Shown here: positions 48,931-64,000 of the stretch, piece after piece
Position numbering within the stretch: position 1 is the stretch's first letter
Layout: each line of letters opens with the position of its first letter
From: the human T2T-CHM13v2.0 reference genome, Homo sapiens
Length of the DNA stretch: 64,000 nt
NCBI RefSeq assembly: GCF_009914755.1
Contig: NC_060934.1
Reading direction: 5' to 3' (one strand)
The notes under the pieces: model-generated
What the model was told of the DNA's origin: nothing
The model's input: the letters and a program-made list of their open reading frames with translations, nothing else
The model's database searches: none
Position numbers and translations under genes: made by a program

Positions 48931-49834
48931 AAGTTTTTTTTAAGGCTACCATGGGAAAACAGCGTTCTAAAGAGTAGCGCAACCAGTTCCCCCTAAGAGA
49001 GGTGCATGATTCGTCGGACTCCGACAGCCTTGGTGTTTGTTAGGCGGTTAATGGAGACCCACCTGGGAAATTAGAAAACTACTAATTGCTTTCAGTGAGA
49101 AGCCCGCCCTTCTCCCACAAATGGATAATTTGCTTTTAATGCACCCAGAAGTTATCCAGCTCCCTCCGGTATAATCGGGGAAACTCCAAATAAAGGAAAA
49201 ATAGTTCAGAGACCCTGCAGCTCTTCCCAAGAGGAATTTAAGGTGGATTTTAGTGTGGTTGGATTGTTTTGCCTACCTGACTGCAGAATTTATATTCTGA
49301 CATTTACAATTTCCTAAATACTGAATCAGTACTTTTTCTTGTTTCAAAATAAATCAACTTCTTCTGTAGTTTATATGAAAAACAAGTCCATGTCTTCCAC
49401 TGTGGGTGGGATGCACATGACTGTTTTATTTGGGTCAGTTTTGTCTCTTTTTTTAATTGGCAGTTTAGGAACTTGTTTTTATCATTTTGTTTAAAGATCT
49501 TCTGGCAGAGGTGCAGGCTGCACTTACTATAATTATTTAGATGACAAGGTGGTGGGTGGTAATTAAAGGGTAATTATCATCAGAGGCAAAAGGTAAGATC
49601 AAAAAACCAGAAGAGGTGAGGAAACAATTGCAAGATCTTCCTGTAGGAGGGTGTCGTGATCCTCCCAAGACCAAAGGATATGTCTATTATGCCTGGCCTC
49701 TCTAGTGCTGGACACTTGGCAGGGTCAGTGCCTGCATGAGGCTGAAGTGGAAGGGCTTATTGTTTAGACTGGTGCCTTTTGAGGGCTTTTATGTGATGGT
49801 TGTGTTAAGTAATGAAACTTAGTAGTGTCAAATT

Positions 49835-50001
49835 CTTGCCACTCAAAGAATGATCCCCAATCAGCAGTGTAGCATCACCTGGAAGCCTGTAAGGAACGCA
49901 TAATTCCTATCCCTCACCCCAGCTCCACTGAATCAGAACCTGCATTTTAACAGGATTCCCCCAGCTGATTGGGCTGCACATTAAAGTTTGACAAGCACTG
50001 A
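49835..50001 (+). mobile_element. MER5A-family (hAT-Charlie)
   Basis: AGCATCACCTGGAAGC..ACTGAATCAGAACCTGCATTTTAACAGGAT..ACATTAAAGTTTGACAAGCACTG. Confidence 0.8.
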
Positions 50002-50289
50002 TTTAAAGTATACCCATAGCATTTGACAGCAATCTAGTATTTTTCGTTAGGATGAGGGAGAGGAAGGGAGATGATTAAGAACCTCCTATGCATCAGGTAA
50101 GATGCTAGGCTGTTCAGGGGCCTTGTCTGCTTCCCAGTCCATTACTCTATCTTACAAGTAAGGAAATGGGAAGACTTGTATGTTACAACTAATGAGGGAG
50201 TCAAACTTTTTCTTGACGGTTGGATACCCTTTAGTACTTCTTGGTGTTCTTGAATCTGGTAGAAAGTGGTACATGATTTGAGAAGTAAA

Positions 50290-50293
50290 GTGT

Positions 50294-50325
<32 letters not shown>
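50290..50325. repeat. (GT)n microsatellite
   Basis: Interrupted GT dinucleotide run. Confidence 0.9.
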
Positions 50326-50819
50326 ATTTAGTCTGTGGAAGCTTAGTATATGAATATTAAGCAGAGCTCTTCTGGGCTCTGTACCCTTGTGTGGCTCACA
50401 CTAAAGACACCCCTCGGGCCCCTCCTGGAGGGAGTTCAGACTCCTGGCCCTGCAGGCTGTACCACCACCTTAACCCCTTACCTCCCTGCTTCCACTGAGG
50501 CAAGCAAATGCCCTGAAGTCCCCTCATTCCCTTACCAGGGCCCTGGGTTCCACACCAGAATGAGCAAACAGAACTCCAGTGTGGGTAACACATGGCTGAA
50601 CAGCTTTTTGTTGTATTGTTTTTGTTTTCTTAGTTCTCTCAGCTCAGGCTCCATCCCCCTGGCCACCTCAACCCCTAGAATGGTTGTCTCCATTTCATGA
50701 GAATCTTCACACTAACATCAAGTAGCCAGTAGGTGCTTTTGGTTTTGCTAGAATGCCTGTGTGCAAGCTCTCAGATACCTGATTTTCTTTCCCCCACTGA
50801 ATGTTGTGTTTGTCAGAAA

Positions 50820-51005
50820 CTGAAATCATGGATCAGAGCCAAGTTTGTAGTACCCTTAGGAGGGGCCTCTGCCCTCCTGTGTGCTGCCTGGGTGAGGACA
50901 GAACCCCCTAACCTGAAATCATGGATCAGAGCCAAGTTTGTAGTACCCTTAGGAGGGGCCTCTGCCCTCCTGTGTGCTGCCTGGGTGAGGACAGAACCCC
51001 CTAAC
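50820..51005 (+). repeat. Perfect 2 x 93-bp tandem duplication
   Basis: 50820-50912 is identical to 50913-51005; a CTG microhomology follows at 51006-51008. Confidence 0.97.
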
Positions 51006-51379
51006 CTGGAGCTCCACTTGAGTGGGCCCATACCTGTACTTTCCTCTGAAAAAAGAAAATCCTGCAAAGAAAATAGAAGACATCTGTTCTGCCATTGCCA
51101 TGCCCTTGTTCTAGCCCAGACATGAGAACTGTCAGAATTGGAGTTACTAAATAGAACTTTTAGTCTTTTTCTGATAATGTGTAGTAAAGTGTATTACAAC
51201 TTATAGAATTCTATTTAGGGAACTACAGGTCAGAAACTACCATATTGGTAGCAGTCAATTTTTCTTTGCCATCGGATGTGGAATAAAATGTTAAATTGTA
51301 CACTTGCATGTTGTGGTTATATTACAAAGCTCTACGAGATGTGGGCCAGGCCCTGCCCTTTGCTCATGCAGCCCCAACT

Positions 51380-53380
<2,001 letters not shown>

Positions 53381-53474
53381 GGATTAATTGAAGCTTTAAA
53401 TTGTGTTCAGCGGCCAGGCACGGTGGCTCACGCCTGTAATCCTAGCACTTTGAGAGGCCGAGGCAGGCGGATCA

Positions 53475-53735
<261 letters not shown>

Positions 53736-53841
53736 TCAGCGCTTTGGGAGGCCAAAGCAGGTGGATCATCTGAGGTCAGGAGTTCGAGACCAGACTGGCC
53801 AACATGATGAAACCCCATCTCTACTAAAAATACAAAAATTA

Positions 53842-53985
<144 letters not shown>

Positions 53986-54219
53986 TCAAAAATACTAATA
54001 AGTTATGTTCAACTCTTCTATATCTTTAATAATTTCTTTTGTCTGCTTGACCTATAATGGCAAAACATGCATGAAAACCTCCCACTATAAGAGTAATCTT
54101 TTTCATTTCTCCCTGTAGTTCTATTTTTCTGTCTGCATTTTGAGGCTATTTTATTGGGCACATACTGTACAAGTTAGAATTGCTATCTCTTCCTGGTAGA
54201 ATTGAAAGCTTTTAAAGTA

Positions 54220-54732
54220 ATATGGGAGATAAATTGCAAAAATTGCCTGAATTTTCCACTCACTCCTCCCTGTAGCCACACCTTTTGCAATGTGACTTGG
54301 CAGCTCCTCCCAGAATCTCAGCTGGATTTTAACTCACCTTGGCCTAAAGAAAATGACAGAAGTGATAAAGTCCTCAGCCTGAGCCTTAAGAAACCTTAAA
54401 CGCTTCCACATTCTCTTTGGGATCCCTGCTTCTGCCATGAGAACAGGGCTGGGCTAGTTTGATGGAAGATGAGAAGCCACATGGAAAAGAGCTGAAGTCT
54501 TCCCTGACCTGTGAATAGCCAGCAGACCCCAAACATGTAAGCCCAGCCAGGAGCAGCATGGCCACCCACCTGACCTGCAGCCACCCAAAGATGTAGATGT
54601 GAGCGCACCTGGGACTAGAACTGTCCTGATGACCTGTAGGCCCATGAATAATAATAGCTACTTATTATATTAAGCTTCTGAATTTTAGAGTGATTTGTTA
54701 TACAGCATTGTGACAATAGATAATTGATAACA
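54220..54732 (+). mobile_element. MLT1F/G/H (ERVL-MaLR) LTR
   Basis: CCTTTTGCAATGTGACTT..GCCATGAGAACA..GGGCTAG..TTTTAGAGTGATTTGTTATACAGCA..ATAGATAATTGATA. Confidence 0.7.
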
Positions 54733-55045
54733 ACTAGTGATTTTCCCGTTGATAATGCCTCCTTTTTTGGGGTCTCAGCCTCCAAAAGGCTTTCCTGACT
54801 ACCTAGGCAATCTGAAGCAGCTTCTCAGTCTCTATCATAACACTGGTGTATTATTAACACCAGTCTCCCAAATTATCTTTTTTTTTTTTTTTTTTTTTCA
54901 GATAAGGTGTCCCTCTGTCACCTAGGCTGGAGTGCAGTGGTGCACACACACACGGCTCACTGCAGCCTTGCCCTCCCAGGCTCAGCCTCCTGAGTAACTG
55001 GGACTACAGGCAAGAGTGACGCCCAGGGAAACATTCAAAAAATGA

Positions 55046-55325
<280 letters not shown>

Positions 55326-55604
55326 TGAGTAGCTGGGATTACAGGCATGTGCCACTACCACCCGGCTAATTTTTCTATTTTTAGTAGAGACGGTTTCACC
55401 ACGTTGGCCAGGCTGGTCTTGAACTCCTGACTTCAAATGATCCACTGCCTCGGTCCCCCAAAGTGCTGGGATTACAGGCGTGAGCCACCACGCCCGGCCG
55501 CCCAGCCTAGTTCTTTATTATCTGTCTTCCATGTTAGAATGTCAACTGTGTAAAGGCAGAGACCTTGTCTGTTCTGCTCTCTGCTGTATGCTCAGCACCC
55601 AGAA

Positions 55605-55920
55605 CAGGCTGCACAGTCCAGTGTGGTAGCCATGAGCTGTGTGTTCACTGAGCACTTGAAATATAGCTAGTCCAAGTTAAGAAGTGCTGACAATGTAGAA
55701 CACACACTGGATTTCAAAGGCTTCCTACAAAAAAAGAAAATAAAATATCTCGATACTTTTTACACTGATTAAATGTTGAAATGATTTTTTTATATCAAGT
55801 TAAATAGAATATGTTATTAAAGTTAATATCACCTGTTTCTTTTTACCTTTATTTAATGTGGGTACTAGAAAAAATTAAGTTACCTTTGTGGCTTGCATTA
55901 TATTTATATTGGCAGCACTG
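55605..55920 (+). mobile_element. MER33/MER3-family (hAT-Charlie)
   Basis: GAGCACTTGAAAT..GCTAGT..CACACTGGATTTCAAAG..TATTAAAGTTAAT..CACCTGTTTCTTTTTAC..CAGCACTG. Confidence 0.7.
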
Positions 55921-56269
55921 ATATCAAAGCTCAGTAGCTGGGCGCAGTGGCTTATGCCTGTAATCCCAGCACTTTGGGAGTCCGAGGCAGGGTGGGTGGC
56001 TTGAGCCCATGAGTTCAAGACCAGCCTGGGCAACATGGTGAGACCCTGTCTCTACAAAAACTACAAAAATTAGCCAGGTGTGTTGGCACATGCCTGTAGT
56101 CTCAGCTACTCAGGAGGCTGAGGTGGGAAGGTCGCTTGAGCCTAGGAGATTGAGGCTGCAATGAGCCGTGATTGTGCCACTGCATTCTAGCCCAGGTGAC
56201 AGAGCAAGCCCCTGTCTCAAAAAAAAAAAAAAAGCTGGGTAAATATTTGTTAAAGAAAAATATTAAAAA

Positions 56270-57395
<1,126 letters not shown>

Positions 57396-57973
57396 TGTAC
57401 TGTTCTTGCACAGCCCCCAGAATGATATTTCTAAAACATACATTTGAGAAATCACTTCCCTCTCCTAAAAAAAAAAAAAAAAATTTTTGCTCCCCACCAT
57501 CTATGGGAAATAAGTTCATATCCCATAGGCATGAGTAATTTGCACTGGCATTTATGGTTATGTTCCACCCTGCCATACCTCTCTTTCCCTCCTCTCCTGA
57601 CTAGCTGGGCTAGACTACTTGACTCCATGCCCAGCTCATGCAGTCCCCTCTGTCTAGAACTTCTTTCTCCCTCTGCACTTGTGGAGCCTCACACTTATGG
57701 AGTCATACACTCTCCCGTAAATGAATCAGTCATCCTCTAGTCCTTGGTTCCACCAGTTCTATGTTAAAAGAAGATACGGGCCAGGTGCCATGGCTCATGC
57801 CTGTAACCCAGCACTTTGGGAGGCCAAGTTGGATCACTTAAGGCCAGGAGTTCCAGACCAGCCTGGTCAACATAGTGAGACCCTGTCTCTACTAAAAATT
57901 TAAAAATTAGAGCCAGGCCTGGTGGCTTACACCTGTAATCCCAACACTTTGGGAAGCCGAGAAGGGTGGATCA

Positions 57974-58216
<243 letters not shown>

Positions 58217-58395
58217 TTAGGCCAGGTGCAGTGGCTCATGCCTGTAATCCCACACTTTGGAAGGCTGAAGTAGGTGGATCATTTGAGGTCAGGAGTTCAA
58301 GACCAGGCTGACCAACATGGTAAAACCCCATCTCTACAAAAATGCAAAAAAATTAGCCGGGTATGGTAGTGCACGCCTATAGTCCTAGCTACTTA

Positions 58396-58928
<533 letters not shown>

Positions 58929-59132
58929 CCAGCTACTTGGGATGCTGTAGTGGGAGATCACTTGAGCCCAGGAGTTGAAGGTTACAGTGAGCTATGATTG
59001 TGCCACTGCACTCCAGCCTGGGCAACAGAGCTAGACCCTATCCATCTTGAAAAAGGTTTAAAAAAATAAAAAGATACAGCAAAGCAAACATACGTTTTGG
59101 TCATTTTTGTGCTTCTTTCTAGTAAGAATTTA

Positions 59133-59426
<294 letters not shown>

Positions 59427-61569
59427 TCAAAAAAAAAAAAGAAAAAGAAAAAAAAAGAGGGTCTGTATATTCTATATATTAATCTTGGAAATGTTGAAAA
59501 AGAATTCTGATAGCCATGAGTGGGCAAAGAATTAATAACCTTGAGATGGAAACAGTGGAAGCAGAACAAGGCTATTGAATGTCAGGGAAAATCTGCTTGG
59601 GCTCACTTTCTAGGTGAGAGGCAGCAGGACACCCAGTTAGGAACAAGATCCCAGCAGTGAGGCCCTGCTCACTGACTGCTGACTGCTTGCCCATAATGAC
59701 ATCAGGAGAGAAGCCTCTGGGGTGTCACCTGCTCTGAAAGCCAATCTGCTTCTGAATGCTGCTTGCCCAAGCAAGGATGCCATGGCCATACAGTTTCAGG
59801 TATTTAACTTCCAGGGCATGACTGAGTGGAGGTGGAGTTGGCAGCAACATTACCGATGTTGCGGTCTCTACCTCCAAACTGTGGAGCCTCAGAAGAGAGT
59901 GTGAGAACAAAGGCAAGCTCCAGCTACTCAGGAGGCTGAGGCAGGAGGATCTCGTGAGCCCATGAGTTCAAAGTTACAGTGAGCTATGATCATGCCACTG
60001 CACTCCCACCTGAGTTACAGAGCAAGGCCCTGTCTCTAAAAAAAAATTTTAATGAAAGAACAAAGGCAAGCAGCCTCCTAGGTGCTGAGTTGCTTTATTC
60101 TTACCTAGGGAGAAGGCTACCATTTACTGAGCCCTATTCTTTGCCAGCCACAATGCATATTTCCCTGCATTGTAATTTACATTGTTATTTACATTGTCAT
60201 TGATGTCTTGTCTCCTTAACAGAGCTGCATCATCCTACCACTTCTCTGATAAGAATCTTAAGGAATACTGTACAATGGTAAATGACTTGCCTAAAGTTAC
60301 CCAGCTGATTAATGTGACAGAGCCAGAGTTTTAAACCAAAACTATCTTTCTCCAAAGGTTCCAGGCATGAAGCATGTGCTGTCCTGGGCCCTGAATATCA
60401 AGCCAGGTAGAGGAACCCCATCCTTCTGTTGTCATTTCAAGCTAGAGGCTCAAGCCTGGAGGAGTGAGGATCAAGATCGAGAACTCAAAGCTGTTTAGAG
60501 GAAGAAGCCAAGTTCAAGGAGGAGTGAGGAACGGTAGGTGGAGATGCTTTGGCCTGGGGAGAGATCAGGTATTTGTGAGCAGCAAAGGTAGGGTGGCAGA
60601 CAGACATCTACCAGGCCAGGTTATTGAAGTCAAGGTCACAGTGCCTTGTCTTAACCAGGCCATGTCTCTTTTTGCCCTGCCCACTTGGTTCTTCACAGCA
60701 TCCAGATGTATTGCTGGGGCCTGGAGGGAGCTCCTCCACCATAAGCGGCTCTTCCTCCCTTCACAGCATCCCACAGCTGGGCCATGGGCTCTGCAACTGG
60801 CCCTTGGGGCAAAGAAAAGGGAGGAACTGTGCTTTCTGAGAAGTGCTCAGGAATAACCTGATGAGGGTTTCTTCGTGTTAGGAACTCCAGCATCTGAGTG
60901 GGCAGAGGAGCTCTCCAGCTTGCCCCCATTCCTCTGATGCGCCCCTAGCCTGGCCCATAGTTTGGGTTGTTTGGGCAGCCCTGCAGATTCCCTGAGCTGA
61001 GGGGCCTCTCTCTGGAGAGTGGGAAAGAATTCTGGCCTTTGTGTAACTGGCTTTATTATGTATGAATGTTGGCTCCCTTGGTTGAAAAATGATCACTCTA
61101 TTGGGTTCTCCCAGCTTGAGGCGAAACCTTTTGGAAGCTCAGGAAGCTTGGAGGATTTCGTGGATTACAGAATGTTGAAGTTGGAGAACTGTAGAGGGGC
61201 CTAAAAAATGTTCCAGAATCAAGACGGTGCCTGATGCCCTACCTAGCCCCTCTCCAGCACACAGGAGCCCCGGGCCCTTGGCAATCATGTCTGCGCAGCT
61301 TGGACCCCATATCCAAAAGGGGAGCACGCCCCAATTTACTCGCACCCCACCAGGTGAGTGGAGGGCAGGTGACCTGCCAGTTCTCGAAAGAAGCCAGATG
61401 ACTAACTTTGGTCGCCTTATCACAGGTTAATCCATGAGAAGAGCTTGGAACAGCGCCCGGCAGTGTCTCAGCGCACCCAAAGTGTGTGCAGGTATGATTA
61501 CCATTGCCAGTAGCTGAGCTGGGAAATGGATCTGACTAGATAATTTTGGCAATAACTCGACAACTATCC

Positions 61570-63250
<1,681 letters not shown>

Positions 63251-63576
63251 CAGTTCCCAAGAAATAGTTGAATGAATGGATGTTTGCATCCCGTACCCAG
63301 CCTCAGGCTGTGTACTCCTTTCTCCAAGCACAGAGATTCTTCTGGAAGGCCCCAGGGATGGTGGAAAGGGAACTAGGCGTGAGGTTTGGTAAAATGAGGA
63401 CAATACCAGCACCCCTCCACCTCCCCTTCCGAGAGAGGGATTTAGGAGGCACAAGTGAGATAGCCACACGACTCCTGACCAGTTGGCAAGCAGAAGGTCC
63501 TGGGCAACCTGGGTTTCATCTCGTGTTGTCCAGAAGCCGCAGTGGGTCTCCTGATGCAGAGCCTGCGTGGCAGTGT

Positions 63577-64000
63577 TGTTACAGTGGGTAGCGGCAGACA
63601 TAAGCAGGGCAGGAGAGCCCCACCTCCAACCCTAGGAATATCAGAAGACCATCACGTGATCGTCAGGAGGCTGTTAAGCTGTCTAAAATAGTAATTGATC
63701 TCATCCAGCGCCAGAGAAAGGCAGTCTCCCCAATAGATAGAAAAACCCAAAACTGGTGATCAGCTTCCTAATTAGATCTCAGGAGTTGGGCGAGTAGGCT
63801 CAAGCATGTGAACTAAGAGACAAAATGGTGGAGTTGAACTGGCATATGAGTTCTCTCTGGGAACACTCAGCTGGTAAGAGAAAAACACCTCGTGAGCATG
63901 CACACCACTTCAGTAAACACACTGTGCCAGAGGCCCCTCCCAAGTAGTGGCAGGCCACCTCAAAGGAAGAATCAGGGGAGAAGGGATGCAACCACCCCAC
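63577..64000 (+). mobile_element. ERV1 LTR (MER50-like), truncated by the window end
   Basis: TGTTACAGT.GGTAGC..AGCAGGGCAGGAGAG..GACCATCA.GTGAT.GTCAGG..GAAAGGCAGTCTCCC.AATAGATAGAAA. Confidence 0.75.

Noticed and set aside
50820-51005. CRISPR-like or VNTR array
   Set aside because: Only two abutting units with no spacers, in a eukaryotic genome.
50733-51125. 130-aa ORF with a 31-aa repeat
   Set aside because: The peptide repeat is a by-product of the 93-bp DNA duplication; non-ATG start and no coding evidence.

Overview
Primate genomic DNA, almost certainly human chr10q23, very rich in Alu elements (roughly 65 copies or fragments). The window holds the 5' half of WAPL, the cohesin release factor, on the minus strand. 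It has a CpG-island promoter and non-coding exon 1 (~47903-47476), then coding exons 2-4 (44203-43683, 23321-22296, 19897-19779; codons 1-548), after which intron 4 runs off the left edge. Introns contain a U6 retro-pseudogene with target-site duplications (TSDs), Tigger3b, MER44, MER20, Charlie1, L1, L2 and MLT1 relics. Upstream of WAPL lie a probable divergent lncRNA promoter, a perfect 93-bp tandem duplication, a nested Alu/MER61-like LTR stack, a second CpG island (~61.6-63.2 kb) with a first-exon-like signature, and a MER50-like LTR. The most interesting unexplained structure is a set of candidate post-transcriptional controls on WAPL dose. In the 5' UTR: a strong-Kozak 45-aa poly-Arg uORF, an in-frame uORF separated from the main CDS by a single UGA-C, and a uORF whose stop overlaps the main AUG. 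In intron 3: a perfect U1-complementary site just downstream of two AATAAA hexamers, and a transposon-derived alternative donor predicted to trigger NMD. All functional roles are inference. Repeat subfamily names come from recalled consensus sequences and need RepeatMasker/Dfam confirmation.
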